NCBI GenBank assembly: GCA_018883245.1
Contig: VEQL01000003.1
Coordinates: 80,478 to 144,477 of the forward strand
DNA: 64,000 nucleotides
Direction: 5' to 3'
Source of the DNA: Chthoniobacterales bacterium
GTDB lineage: Bacteria; Verrucomicrobiota; Verrucomicrobiia; Chthoniobacterales; JACTMZ01
How positions within the stretch are numbered: the first letter of the stretch is position 1; every line of letters starts with the position of its first letter. Shown piece by piece: positions 1 to 9,889 of the stretch. A model generated the notes under the pieces. It was given only the letters and a program-made list of their open reading frames with translations, did no database searches and was not told where the DNA came from. Both the position numbers and the translations under genes were made by a program.

Positions 1-132
1 TACACCGCGATCGCGTTCGTTCCCGGGAGGCCCGACAGCGTGGCGGAGGCGATTTTGCTGCCCCGCTGAAGTTTACGGGGCGGATTTCGATTTGACCGCA
101 ACGCGTAGCACGGCTTTATTCACGCGTTTTTG

Positions 133-744
133 ATGAGTGTCATCCGGACAGCTTTGCTCTTGGCCGTGCTCGCGGGCGCGCTCGGCGGTTGCGCCTCTTA
201 CGACCGCCGGCTCACCAGTTCCAGCACCCAATACCTCACTTCCGGCGGGCAGGTTGTTTCCAAGCCGTCGAACGTCGGCATCGCAGACACGGTTTCCTAC
301 TGGGACGGTGACGGTGTGCCGGGCGCGCCGTCCATCACCATCGATCTCGGGGAACAAAAGGCCTTTTTTTACAAGGGCGGCAAGCTCGTGGGGATCTCGA
401 TGATTTCTTCCGGCCGCGAGGGCTTTTCCACGCCGTCGGGCAACTTCAAGATCGTCCAAAAAAACAAAGACCACGTTTCCAACCTTTACGGCGATTACGT
501 GGACGGCTCCGGCACTGTTGTCGTTTCCAATGTCGGGGTGAAGAAGGACCCGAAGCCTCCGGGCACTTCTTTCCGCGGTGCGCCGATGCCTTATTTCATG
601 AGATTCGCCGGCGGGGTGGGGATGCATGCCGGTTTCCTGCCGGGATTTCCCGCTTCGCACGGATGCATTCGCATGCCGGAGCGCATGGCGGAAATCTTTT
701 TTGCCAACGTCTCGCACGGGACCCCGGTGACTGTGGTGAACTGA
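133..744 (+). CDS. L,D-transpeptidase (YkuD) family lipoprotein
   Basis: ATG at 133 (the track start at 130 is TTG). N-terminal signal peptide with lipobox LGGC|AS. C-terminal YkuD catalytic motif SHGCIRMP. Confidence 0.85.
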   Translation: MSVIRTALLLAVLAGALGGCASYDRRLTSSSTQYLTSGGQVVSKPSNVGIADTVSYWDGDGVPGAPSITIDLGEQKAFFYKGGKLVGISMISSGREGFSTPSGNFKIVQKNKDHVSNLYGDYVDGSGTVVVSNVGVKKDPKPPGTSFRGAPMPYFMRFAGGVGMHAGFLPGFPASHGCIRMPERMAEIFFANVSHGTPVTVVN

Positions 745-745
745 T

Positions 746-1648
746 CTACGCCCGCGGGTGGGCGTCATCGTAGGCCTTCTTCAGCCGCTCCGTCGTCACG
801 TGGGTGTAAATCTGCGTGGTCGAGAGACTCGCGTGGCCCAGCAGGCTTTGCACGCTGCGCAGATCGGCCCCCGCATCGAGCAGGTGCGTGGCGAAGCTGT
901 GGCGCAACTTGTGCGGACTTGCAGGCACGGGGATCTGCGCGAGGCGAAGGTATTTTTTGACCATTTTCCAGATGGACGAGGTGCCGAGGCGCTTGCGCAG
1001 CTTGTTGATGAACAGCGGGCCGGAGTCCACCCGCGCGCGGTGCCTGTATTCTTGGATGGCTTGGAGCGCGGGTTCGCCGACCGGCACCACGCGCTCTTTG
1101 GACCCTTTGCCCAGCACGCGGATGGTCTCGTTGAACGGGTCGATGCTGCGCACATCCAAAGCCGCGAGTTCCGCCAGCCGCAAACCGCTCGAGTAAAAAA
1201 GCTCGAGGATGGCAGCGTCGCGCCACGGCATCCAGACGGGCGCCTGCTTTTCAGGTTCGGTCTGGTGCGGGGCGCGCAGGAGAGACTCGATCTGCGACGT
1301 GGTCAGAAAGACCGGCAGCCGCTTCTCCGCCTTGGGCAGCGCGACGTCGAGAAGCGGATTCTTCGCGAGGCCTTTGCGCTCGCACAGAAACCTGTAAAAG
1401 CTGCGCAGCGCGGCGAATTCGAGGCGGATGGTCGCTCGCGACCGGTTGCGCTTCATCATCTCGAACAGGTGCGCGCGGAAATCCTCGGGTCCCGCGTCGT
1501 GCCAGGACTTTGCGCCCAGAAACTCCGCCGCCCCGCGGAGGGCGCGGTCGTAATTGTCCAACGTCCGCGGCGAGGCGTTGCGCTCGTCGCGCAAATAATC
1601 GAGGTAGGCGCCGGTCAGCGCATCATCAGGGGCGGGCACGCCCGTCAA
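746..1648 (-). CDS. xerC: Tyrosine site-specific recombinase XerC/XerD family
   Basis: 300 aa. N-terminal SAM-like core-binding region (YLDYLRDERNASPRTL). Catalytic region HKLRHSFATHLL ... LLGHASLSTTQIYTHV. Start is TTG at 1648 or GTG at 1639, so uncertain. Confidence 0.8.
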   Translation of the reverse strand: MTGVPAPDDALTGAYLDYLRDERNASPRTLDNYDRALRGAAEFLGAKSWHDAGPEDFRAHLFEMMKRNRSRATIRLEFAALRSFYRFLCERKGLAKNPLLDVALPKAEKRLPVFLTTSQIESLLRAPHQTEPEKQAPVWMPWRDAAILELFYSSGLRLAELAALDVRSIDPFNETIRVLGKGSKERVVPVGEPALQAIQEYRHRARVDSGPLFINKLRKRLGTSSIWKMVKKYLRLAQIPVPASPHKLRHSFATHLLDAGADLRSVQSLLGHASLSTTQIYTHVTTERLKKAYDDAHPRA

Positions 1649-1681
1649 TTTATCCGATCCGCTGCGCCCGGGAAAACAAAC

Positions 1682-2983
1682 TTACGCCTGCCGCCCGACC
1701 GGTGCGCCGAGAGACGGTTGCGCGGTGGATCCCACATCACCTTCGCGACCCGTGGTGCGTTCGAAGCGCAAAACCGCACGCCGCGTTTCCACGCCATCGG
1801 GCGACGTTGCCTCGACGGGGATCTCGTATTTCCCGTCGGGAAAGACGAAATGGTAGCGGAAGCTTCCGTCCGGACGCAGGGCGACGGGCTTGCCGTCGAT
1901 GGTGACTTTGGCATCGGGGTGCGTGCCCCCGTAAAAAATCACCTCGGCGTTCACATGCATGAAAAAGCCGCGTGGAGCGGTGCGCCAACTCGACAGCCAG
2001 CTGCTTTCCGCTCCCCAGCTTGCGCCGCTCCAGCTCGACATGGCGGAAAACGACCAGCTGGACAGGGCCGACGACCAGGCTCCGGCGCTGCTCCACGAGG
2101 CGCCGATCAAGCCGAACAATGCCAAAAAACCGCTGGAAACCCCGCCCGCTGCCTCCGTCCAGGAGCTTGGTGCCGGCCACGAAGTCGGTGCAAATCCGCC
2201 CGAGAACAGGCTCGCCCCGGGCGAACTGAGGAATCGCCCGAGGTCGCCGGAGGTGAGCGAGCCGAGTTCTGTCGAAAGCAGCGTGTCGAGCGAGATGCGC
2301 TGCGCCGCCGTGAGGTTCGAAACCGAGACATCGCCGCGCTTCTGCAGGCGAGCCAGCGCTTCGGCGAGGCTTTCGCCTTCGCGCATCTCGCCGCGCAACT
2401 TCTCCACGAGCTGCTGGAATGTTGCGTGGAAAGGCATGTTGGCGAAGACCGGATCACCGGGGCCGGCGAGCGAGTCTCTCGGGGTGAGGACCGCGCCGGA
2501 GCGGGTGAGGACTCGCCACTTTCCGTGGTCATAGACGCCCAATTCGACAACGTAGCCCGCATCGGCTTCACGCACTGCGAGATACCAGCTGTTGGATTCA
2601 CCCGGCACTGCCACTTCACCCTCGGCTTCGTCCGAGTCTTCCCGGCGATGGCGGAGGAAGACCTGCCCGTCAAGCCCGTCGGTCAGCGTGTAATCCCAAT
2701 AGCAAAAAAGGCGGTGCGGTTCCTGTGCGACGACGAAGATGCTGTCATCACCGTAGCTGCGCGGCAGTTCGCCGAGATTGTCGATGTCGGACTTCGGCCT
2801 CAGGACGCGCGCAGGCGCTTTGCGTCTTCCGGCCGGACGCGCGGCCTCGAACTTGTGCACGTCTTCGGGCGCCTTGGAGGCCTTCGTTTTCCTCCGCGCC
2901 GTTTTTTTCGCCGCGGCGGTCTTTGTCCTGCGGGGTGTTTTGGAAGCGGTCTTGGATGAGGTTTTGCTGGAAGATTTTTTCAT
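1682..2983 (-). CDS. DUF4912-like hypothetical protein with Lys-rich N-terminus and Ser/Trp-rich tract
   Basis: 433-aa ORF with ATG at 2983. Basic N-terminus, YWDY segment, and a C-terminal beta-rich module (FFMHVNAEVIFYGGTHPDAKVTIDG...). These resemble DUF4912 proteins from memory. Function unknown. Confidence 0.5.
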   Translation of the reverse strand: MKKSSSKTSSKTASKTPRRTKTAAAKKTARRKTKASKAPEDVHKFEAARPAGRRKAPARVLRPKSDIDNLGELPRSYGDDSIFVVAQEPHRLFCYWDYTLTDGLDGQVFLRHRREDSDEAEGEVAVPGESNSWYLAVREADAGYVVELGVYDHGKWRVLTRSGAVLTPRDSLAGPGDPVFANMPFHATFQQLVEKLRGEMREGESLAEALARLQKRGDVSVSNLTAAQRISLDTLLSTELGSLTSGDLGRFLSSPGASLFSGGFAPTSWPAPSSWTEAAGGVSSGFLALFGLIGASWSSAGAWSSALSSWSFSAMSSWSGASWGAESSWLSSWRTAPRGFFMHVNAEVIFYGGTHPDAKVTIDGKPVALRPDGSFRYHFVFPDGKYEIPVEATSPDGVETRRAVLRFERTTGREGDVGSTAQPSLGAPVGRQA

Positions 2984-3053
2984 GGACTCGTTGAAAAATT
3001 TCCCCGGTGGTGGTTCGGCAGGATTTTCGCGGGGTGACTACTTGTAAAGGATT

Positions 3054-3737
3054 TCATGGGAGCGAAGAAAGGTGGGTGAAGTCCTCCCGCGAATATTTCG
3101 CGCGGTGCAGGGCGCGCACCCTTTCCTCCAGCCCCGGTGGCGGAGTCCAAGCCTTCACTTCCTCCGCGAGCTGCGATGCGAGCGCCTCCGCCAAGCCGGA
3201 CGGCAGGTCCGGGATCTGGATCGAGCCCTGATGGAGCAGGCCCGACCTCGTCCGCCGCTGCGCGCCGCCGGCGATTTTTTGTCCCCCGGTCATGAGGTCG
3301 TGCGCTACCGGGCTGGCGAAGCATTCTTCTCCCGCGCCGGCCGTTTTTCCGGCCAGCGCCGCTGACACACCGAGCGCCCCGAGCGCCCGCGCCACGGCTT
3401 CGTGCAAAACGCGATAACTTTCGGCGGGGCGCATGGAAGCCCAGGATTCGCCGCGCGGCACGGCCAGGGAAAAAGTAAAGTCGCCCTCGTGCACCACGAC
3501 TCCGCCGCCGGTCCAACGACGGCACAGGGGCAGGTCGGGGCGCACGGCAGCGGCTCTTTGCAGCGGCACGAAATAGCCCGCGCTTACCCACGGTCCCGAC
3601 CAACGGAAGATACGCAGCACCGGTCCGGTCGCCTCCGCCAGAATCGCCTCGTCACAGGCCATCTGCTCCGGCCCGTTGCGGGCGTGTCTGTCCTCCCACA
3701 AGCCCAGACAAGCGAACATGCGGCCCCCGTTTTGCAT
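3054..3737 (-). CDS. Biotin/lipoate A/B protein ligase family protein (lipoate-protein ligase-like)
   Basis: 227 aa. The N-terminal pattern (...MACDEAILAEA...LRIFRWSGPWVSAGYF) and the GGAQRR-containing core are typical of the BPL/LPL catalytic domain. Confidence 0.6.
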   Translation of the reverse strand: MQNGGRMFACLGLWEDRHARNGPEQMACDEAILAEATGPVLRIFRWSGPWVSAGYFVPLQRAAAVRPDLPLCRRWTGGGVVVHEGDFTFSLAVPRGESWASMRPAESYRVLHEAVARALGALGVSAALAGKTAGAGEECFASPVAHDLMTGGQKIAGGAQRRTRSGLLHQGSIQIPDLPSGLAEALASQLAEEVKAWTPPPGLEERVRALHRAKYSREDFTHLSSLP

Positions 3738-3835
3738 CGAGCGGGAATTTTAACGGGAAACGTCTTCCGTGTCACCGCGCGCTTCGGTTTCGCGCGCTTC
3801 CCATCGGGGCGTGCGTCCGGTTAAACTGCGTGTCC

Positions 3836-4720
3836 ATGGCAAAACCGGCACTCGGACGCGGGCTCGGCGCCTTGATTGCGCCTTCCAAGACGTCTCCTGC
3901 AACCGCATCCGCGGCTGCCGGGGAAGATCGCGTGCTCTCGGTGTCTCTTGCCAAAGTCGTCCCCAGCCCTCTGCAGCCGCGGACCACGTTTCCGGCCGAA
4001 CATCTCTCGGAACTTGTCGAATCCATCCGCGAGAACGGCATTATCCAGCCCCTCATCGTCCGTCGCGTCAACGGCCTCTACGAATTGATCGCCGGGGAGC
4101 GCCGCTGGCGCGCCTCGGGGCAGGCAGGCCTCAAGGAAGTGCCGGTCATCGTCCGCGAGGCGACCGATCTCGAGGTTCTTGAATTCGCCTTGGTCGAGAA
4201 TTTGCAGCGAGAAGACCTCAATCCGATCGAGGAGGCGCAGGCTTACAAAAGGCTCGCCGAGGAGTTCCGGCTCAAGCAGGAAGACATCGCCAAAAAAGTC
4301 GGCAAAAGCCGCGCCGCCGTTGCCAACACCATGCGCCTTCTGGAGTTGGATGCCGGGTTGCAGGCGCATCTCGTGCAGGGGCGCTTGAGCGTCGGCCATG
4401 CCAAAGCCCTGCTGGCACTGCCCTCGCACGAGGACCAGCAGGCTCTGGCCGAGCAGGTGATGAAGAGAGGTCTCTCCGTGCGTGCGACCGAGGATTTTGT
4501 GTCCGCACATCTGCGCAAAGAACGTCGACCGAGGCGCGGAAGCCGGGGCGCGCGCGAAGTTCCCGCGGCCGTGCGGCACCTTGAGAACCGTCTCCAACAG
4601 CGTCTCTCCACGCGCGTCGAAATACGCCACGGCGAGCAAAAAGGCCACATTGTCATAGAATACTATGGCAACGACGACTTGCAGAGGCTGCTGCACGAGT
4701 TAGGTTTGCCGGAAGAATAG
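3836..4720 (+). CDS. parB: Chromosome partitioning protein ParB/Spo0J
   Basis: ATG at 3836 (the track start at 3830 is GTG). Motifs LGRGLGALI, IQPLIVR, ELIAGERRWRA, and an HTH region. Confidence 0.9.
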   Translation: MAKPALGRGLGALIAPSKTSPATASAAAGEDRVLSVSLAKVVPSPLQPRTTFPAEHLSELVESIRENGIIQPLIVRRVNGLYELIAGERRWRASGQAGLKEVPVIVREATDLEVLEFALVENLQREDLNPIEEAQAYKRLAEEFRLKQEDIAKKVGKSRAAVANTMRLLELDAGLQAHLVQGRLSVGHAKALLALPSHEDQQALAEQVMKRGLSVRATEDFVSAHLRKERRPRRGSRGAREVPAAVRHLENRLQQRLSTRVEIRHGEQKGHIVIEYYGNDDLQRLLHELGLPEE

Positions 4721-4724
4721 AGTC

Positions 4725-5687
4725 ATGCCTGCCGCGTCTGTCCCGCCCCTCCGCCGCTTCATCAATTTTATCGACAGCGATTATTTCGAGGGTGATCCCG
4801 ATGTCATCCGCAACCGGCCCGAGCGCATGGAATGGGGGCGTTTGGTGCCGTTCCTCTTCCTGCATCTCGGTTGCCTTGGCGTGATCTGGACCGGCTGGAG
4901 CTGGGTCGCGTTGGCCACGGCGGCGTTTCTTTATTTTGCGCGGATGTTCCTCATCACCGGATTTTACCACCGGTATTTCAGCCACAAGACGTTCGAGGTT
5001 TCGCGTCCCGTGCAATTTCTCGCCGCGTTCCTCGGCCTCACCTGCACGCAGCGCGGGGCGTTGTGGTGGGCGTGGGTGCACCGTCATCATCACAAACACT
5101 CGGACGAACTGGAGGATTTCCACTCGCCCGGCATGCAGGGCTTCATCTGGGCGCACATCGGGTGGCTGACCAGCAGCTGCAATTTTCCAACCGATTACTC
5201 GAAAATCAAAGACCTCGCGAAATATCCCGAGTTGGTTTTTCTGAACCGCTTCGACCTCATCGGTCCGATTTTCCTGGCTTCGGTGACGCTGTCGTGGGGA
5301 TGGTTCCTGCAGTCGTTTTTCCCGTCGCTCGGCACGTCGCCTCTGCAGATGCTCGTGTGGGGATTTTTCATCAGCACAACGGTGCTTTTCCACGGGACGT
5401 GCTTCATCAATTCGCTGGCGCACGTGCTGGGCAACAAGCGTTATCAAACGAAGGACGACAGCCGCAACAGCATGATTCTCGCGTTCATCACGCTCGGCGA
5501 GGGCTGGCACAACAACCACCACCGCTACCAGGCGACGGCGCGGCAGGGCTTCTACTGGTGGGAGTTCGACCCCACTTTTTACACCCTCAAGTTGCTCTCC
5601 TGGCTGGGGATCGTGCGAAAGTTGAAACCCGTGCCCGCTTCCGCCTACCGCGAGGAAGAGCACATCGGCGGGCGGGCCACGGCGTGA
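4725..5687 (+). CDS. Membrane fatty-acid (acyl-CoA/acyl-lipid delta-9 type) desaturase
   Basis: Three histidine boxes: HRYFSH, HRHHHKHSD, WHNNHH. Hydrophobic segments are present. Confidence 0.85.
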   Translation: MPAASVPPLRRFINFIDSDYFEGDPDVIRNRPERMEWGRLVPFLFLHLGCLGVIWTGWSWVALATAAFLYFARMFLITGFYHRYFSHKTFEVSRPVQFLAAFLGLTCTQRGALWWAWVHRHHHKHSDELEDFHSPGMQGFIWAHIGWLTSSCNFPTDYSKIKDLAKYPELVFLNRFDLIGPIFLASVTLSWGWFLQSFFPSLGTSPLQMLVWGFFISTTVLFHGTCFINSLAHVLGNKRYQTKDDSRNSMILAFITLGEGWHNNHHRYQATARQGFYWWEFDPTFYTLKLLSWLGIVRKLKPVPASAYREEEHIGGRATA

Positions 5688-5733
5688 GCGTGTTCATTGT
5701 CGCGGCGCCGTCCCCGGCGCTGCACCGGGCGGA

Positions 5734-7008
5734 ATGAACCGCGAAAGATTGGCCGTCATCGGCGGTGGCATCGCCGGGCTTGGTGCTGCGTGGTTGCTTC
5801 GCAAGCGCTACGATGTGGCGCTTTTCGAGCGCGAGAAACACATCGGCGGCCATTCCAACACGGTCGAAGTCCAAGAGGACGGCCGCGCTCTGCCGGTCGA
5901 TACCGGGTTCATGGTCTTCAACAAAGTGACGTATCCGCATCTCGTCCGCCTTTTCGACGAACTCCGCGTCCCGATCAAGCCGACCGAAATGAGCTTCAGC
6001 GTCCGTCACGAGGGGCTCGACCTCGAATACAACGGGATGGGCTTCAGCCGCGTCTTCGCCCAACGCGCCAACTTGGTCCGTCCACGCTTCCTCAAACTGC
6101 TCGCGCAAATCCTGCGCTTCTTCCGCGTGGCCAACGCGTCCTTGGACGACGACTCGCTGGAGTCGATGTCGCTCGACGAATTCGTCCGTCGCCACCGGCT
6201 CGGCGACGATTTCCTGCGGCTTTATCTTGTGCCCATGAGTGCTTCGATCTGGAGCATCACTCCCGGACGGACGTTGGACTTTCCCGCCGCCACGCTGGTC
6301 AGATTTTTTCACAATCACGGTTTTCTCGGTGTCACCACGCACCATCCTTGGTTCACCGTGGACGGCGGATCGCGCGAATATGTGAAGCGGATGCTGACCG
6401 GCCTGCCGCAAGCCCATGCATTGTCTCCCGTCGCTTCGGTGGAGGTCACGGCCGACCGGGTCAAAGTCCGCACCAAGGATGGCGCTTCGCATGACTTTGA
6501 CCGCGTGATTCTGGCCGCCCATGCCGACGAGTCGCTCGCGCTGCTTGCGAGACCGACGGAACTGCAGCGCAAACTCCTTTCGGCTTTCCGCTACCAAGCC
6601 AACGAAACTCTGTTGCACACCGACACGACCGTCATGCCGCGGCGCAAGCTGGCTTGGGCTGCTTGGAACTACCGCATGGAGCCGGGTGAGGAAGGGGAGC
6701 GCCCGTCCACGCACTACTACATGAACCGGCTGCAGGGCGTGTCCGACCGGCGGGATTATTTTGTCAGTCTCAACTATGCCGACCGCATCGACCCGTCGGC
6801 GGTGCTTTGGCGGACGAGCTACACGCACCCGATCTTCGACTGCGGGGCGCTGGCGGCGCAGCGCCATCTGCCGTCGATCAACGCCGAGTCGCGAGACCAG
6901 CGCGTGTTTTTCTGCGGCAGCTACTTCCGCTACGGTTTTCACGAAGACGCGCTGGCCTCTGCCGTGCAGTGCGCACACGCGGTTTGCGGCGAGGATCCGT
7001 GGACATGA
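5734..7008 (+). CDS. NAD(P)/FAD-dependent oxidoreductase (amine-oxidase/phytoene-desaturase-like)
   Basis: N-terminal Rossmann dinucleotide motif VIGGGIAGLGAAW. 424 aa. Stop overlaps the next start (ATGA at 7005-7008). Confidence 0.8.
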   Translation: MNRERLAVIGGGIAGLGAAWLLRKRYDVALFEREKHIGGHSNTVEVQEDGRALPVDTGFMVFNKVTYPHLVRLFDELRVPIKPTEMSFSVRHEGLDLEYNGMGFSRVFAQRANLVRPRFLKLLAQILRFFRVANASLDDDSLESMSLDEFVRRHRLGDDFLRLYLVPMSASIWSITPGRTLDFPAATLVRFFHNHGFLGVTTHHPWFTVDGGSREYVKRMLTGLPQAHALSPVASVEVTADRVKVRTKDGASHDFDRVILAAHADESLALLARPTELQRKLLSAFRYQANETLLHTDTTVMPRRKLAWAAWNYRMEPGEEGERPSTHYYMNRLQGVSDRRDYFVSLNYADRIDPSAVLWRTSYTHPIFDCGALAAQRHLPSINAESRDQRVFFCGSYFRYGFHEDALASAVQCAHAVCGEDPWT

Positions 7009-7805
7009 ACTCGTGCTTCTACGAGTGCGACGTCTTTCACCGGCGCCTGCGCCCGAAGCAGCACGAGTTCCTCTACCGTGTTTTTTATTTCTATCTCGAC
7101 CTGGGCGAATTGGATGAAGCGGCAAGGAAGCTGAAAATTTTCGGCACCAACCGGCCGGATATCTACAGCCTCTGGGACAAGGACCACTTCCAATACGGCG
7201 AGAGAGTCCGCCCGATCTCCGACAATGTCCGCGAGTTCCTCGAGCGCTCGGGGTGTCCGCTCGAGCCGGCCGGCTCGATCCGTATGCTCTGCTTCCCGCG
7301 CATGTTCGGATATGTGTTCAACCCGGTCACTCTCTACTTTTGCTTCAATGCCGACGGCACGCCGGAAACATGCGTCGTCGAGGTGGGCAACACCTTCCGC
7401 GAGCTGAAGCCCTATCTCGTTCCGCGTTCGGCCGAAGGCAAGTGCGACTTCGAGGTGCGTGTGCCCAAGGAGTATTACGTGTCGCCGTTCAGTCCGGTCG
7501 ATCTCGAGTTTCACTTCCGGTTGCACCTTCCCGACGAGCGCTTGCGCATCTTCATCGACGACTATGACGCGGAAGGGAAAGTTCTCGTCAGCACGCTCAC
7601 CGGAAAACGACGCGAACTGACCTTCGGCAATCTCGCGAAGTTCACGGCCAAATTCCCCTTCATCACGCTCAAAGTCATAACGCTTATCCACTGGCAGGCT
7701 TTCCGGCTCTGGCTCAAACGCGTTCCGTTTTTTTGGAAAGAAAGCCGCGCCGGGGACCAGCGCGACGTGTTCCGTCCGCACAAGTCATTGAGCAAGCGCC
7801 CCTAA
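7005..7805 (+). CDS. DUF1365 family protein
   Basis: The internal ATG at 7005 gives MNSCFYECDVFHRRLRPKQHEFLYRVFYFYLDL, a typical DUF1365 N-terminus. Translationally coupled to the upstream oxidoreductase. Confidence 0.75.
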   Translation: MNSCFYECDVFHRRLRPKQHEFLYRVFYFYLDLGELDEAARKLKIFGTNRPDIYSLWDKDHFQYGERVRPISDNVREFLERSGCPLEPAGSIRMLCFPRMFGYVFNPVTLYFCFNADGTPETCVVEVGNTFRELKPYLVPRSAEGKCDFEVRVPKEYYVSPFSPVDLEFHFRLHLPDERLRIFIDDYDAEGKVLVSTLTGKRRELTFGNLAKFTAKFPFITLKVITLIHWQAFRLWLKRVPFFWKESRAGDQRDVFRPHKSLSKRP

Positions 7806-7835
7806 AGCTCTTCCAGTGCCGACGGGCCTTGGCCT

Positions 7836-9086
7836 ATGATTATTTGGATGAATTTTGCATCGGTCCTGTTCTCGGCTCTGGGATGCATGCAGCGGGGGCG
7901 GTTGAGGATGGTGTTGCCCGGCGGCAGCGAGAAAATTTTCGGCGGTTTGGGAGAGGAGCCGCGCGCGGAGATCCGGGTGAAAGACGACAAGTTTTTCCGT
8001 GCGTGCGTTCTGGGCGGTCCGGTGGGATTCGGGGAGGCCTACATGGACGGATTTTGGGAGACCGACGATCTGGTTGCTGTGATCGCCTGGTTCATTCGCA
8101 ACGCGGATGAATCAACGGTCCTCGAGGGATCGGGCAGGACGGACCGGCGGATCGGGCTCATGAATCTGGCTCACCGCGCGGCACACCGGTTGCGTCCGAA
8201 CAGCCTGCGCATCAGCCGTCGCAACATCCGCGAGCATTACGACCTCAGCAACGAATTCTTCGCGCTGTGGTTGGATGCGACGATGACGTATTCGTCGGCC
8301 TACTGGGACAGCCGGGAGATGACCCTCGAGCAGGCGCAGGTGCGCAAATATGACGTGCTCTGCCGCAAGCTGCGTTTGGTGCCATCCGATCACGTCCTTG
8401 AAATCGGCAGCGGCTGGGGCGGATTTTCCATGCATGCGGCGAAGTATTTCGGCTGTCGCGTGACGACAGTGACCATTTCGCAAGCGCAGTTCGACGAGGC
8501 GTCGCGGCGGATAGCCGCGGCGGGATTGACGGACCGCATCGATTTGCGTTTGCAGGATTACCGCAAGCTGGACGGTCAATTTGACAAGATCGCGTCGATC
8601 GAAATGCTCGAGGCGGTGGGGGACAAATATCTCGATGGTTATTTCGCCCAGTGCCACCGCTTGTTGGCGCGCAAAGGGTTGCTCGGCTTGCAATACATCA
8701 CTTGTCCCGACTCGCAATACGACGTGTTGCGGCGCGGGACGGATTTCATCCAGCGGCATATTTTTCCCGGATCGCTGCTCAACAGCATCGGTCGCGTCAA
8801 CACGGCGCTCAATCGCACGGGAGACCTGTTTCTCCACGATTTGGACGACATGGGTCCTTACTACGCACGGACGCTCCATGTTTGGCGGCAGAATTTTCTG
8901 CGCGTGCTTGACGCGGTGCGGGCGCAGGGATTCGACGACACCTTCATTCGCAAGTGGGACTACTATCTCGCATATTGCGAGGCGGCGTTTGCCACGCGTC
9001 ATATCAGTGTGGTTCAGGCGATCTACACGCGGGCGGACAATGAGACGCTGGATCGCCCGAGCGGTTTGAGTAGGGGGTGCGCGTGA
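7836..9086 (+). CDS. cfa: Cyclopropane-fatty-acyl-phospholipid synthase family SAM-dependent methyltransferase
   Basis: GFGEAYMDGFW N-terminal motif. SAM-binding VLEIGSGWGG. About 416 aa. Start could be at 7836, 7848 or 7887. Confidence 0.85.
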   Translation: MIIWMNFASVLFSALGCMQRGRLRMVLPGGSEKIFGGLGEEPRAEIRVKDDKFFRACVLGGPVGFGEAYMDGFWETDDLVAVIAWFIRNADESTVLEGSGRTDRRIGLMNLAHRAAHRLRPNSLRISRRNIREHYDLSNEFFALWLDATMTYSSAYWDSREMTLEQAQVRKYDVLCRKLRLVPSDHVLEIGSGWGGFSMHAAKYFGCRVTTVTISQAQFDEASRRIAAAGLTDRIDLRLQDYRKLDGQFDKIASIEMLEAVGDKYLDGYFAQCHRLLARKGLLGLQYITCPDSQYDVLRRGTDFIQRHIFPGSLLNSIGRVNTALNRTGDLFLHDLDDMGPYYARTLHVWRQNFLRVLDAVRAQGFDDTFIRKWDYYLAYCEAAFATRHISVVQAIYTRADNETLDRPSGLSRGCA

Positions 9087-9889
9087 TGCCGGATTGGACC
9101 GAGTTCTGGCGGCTGATGGTTTTCGCATTGGTCATTCCAATGGTCATGATGGCCGGCGTCTGGTTGCTGGCGCGCGTGTTGAACAACGCGGGCATTGTCG
9201 ATGTTTTCTGGTCCTACGGATTCATTCCCGTGGTTGCGGTCTGTGCGGTGATTGGCGGCGGTGAGGTGACGCGAAGCTTTGCTCTGGTCCTGATGGTCAC
9301 GATTTGGGCGGCGCGGTTGGGGACTTATTTGCTCATCCGTGTGGCCAGGCATCATCCTAAGGAGGACGGACGCTACGCGGCGCTGCGCGGACAGTTTCCG
9401 CGTCACACGTGGCTTATGTTTTTCGGATTTTTCGAAGCGCAGGCGGCGCTGATTGCGCTGCTGAGCGTGCCGTTCGTGCTGGTTGCTATCAATGGTTCCG
9501 GCGGCATCGGCTTGTTCGAATACGCCGGCATGTTTCTGTGGTTGACCGGCATGCTCGGCGAGTCGGTCGCCGATGCGCAGCTCAACCGCTTCCGCGCGAA
9601 TCCCGCGAACAAAGCAAAGGCCTGCCGGATCGGGCTGTGGAACTACTCCCGTCACCCGAACTACTTTTGCGAGTGGCTGATCTGGTTGGCCTACTTTGTC
9701 TACGCGCTGGGCTCGCCGGGCGGGTGGATGGCGGTTTATGCTCCCGGCCTGATGTATTTCTTTCTCACGCGTGTCACCGGGATCAAGGCCACCGAGGAGC
9801 ACGCCCTGAAGTCCCGCGGCGAGGACTACCGTGAATACCAGCGGACCACGAATGCGTTTTTCCCGTGGTGGCCGCGGCGGATGCCATGA
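9086..9889 (+). CDS. DUF1295 family membrane protein (steroid 5-alpha-reductase-like fold)
   Basis: Multi-pass membrane protein with the [13 protein letters not shown] motif. ATG at 9086 overlaps the cfa stop by 1 nt. GTG at 9077 is an alternative start. Confidence 0.75.
   Translation: MPDWTEFWRLMVFALVIPMVMMAGVWLLARVLNNAGIVDVFWSYGFIPVVAVCAVIGGGEVTRSFALVLMVTIWAARLGTYLLIRVARHHPKEDGRYAALRGQFPRHTWLMFFGFFEAQAALIALLSVPFVLVAINGSGGIGLFEYAGMFLWLTGMLGESVADAQLNRFRANPANKAKACRIGLWNYSRHPNYFCEWLIWLAYFVYALGSPGGWMAVYAPGLMYFFLTRVTGIKATEEHALKSRGEDYREYQRTTNAFFPWWPRRMP

Noticed and set aside
746-1648. Tyrosine recombinase as a marker of an integrated mobile element
   Set aside because: The sequence looks like housekeeping XerC/XerD. 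There are no flanking direct repeats, no adjacent tRNA, no phage or plasmid genes, and the neighbours are ordinary chromosomal genes.
758-2959. 733-aa plus-strand ORF spanning the xerC and DUF4912 loci
   Set aside because: It runs antisense to two ORFs with clear protein-family motifs. The composition is Arg/Ala/Gly-rich and low-complexity, typical of shadow ORFs in GC-rich DNA. No recognisable domains.
3738-3835. parS site search next to parB
   Set aside because: There is no close match to the TGTTTCACGTGAAACA consensus in this intergenic region or immediately downstream of parB.
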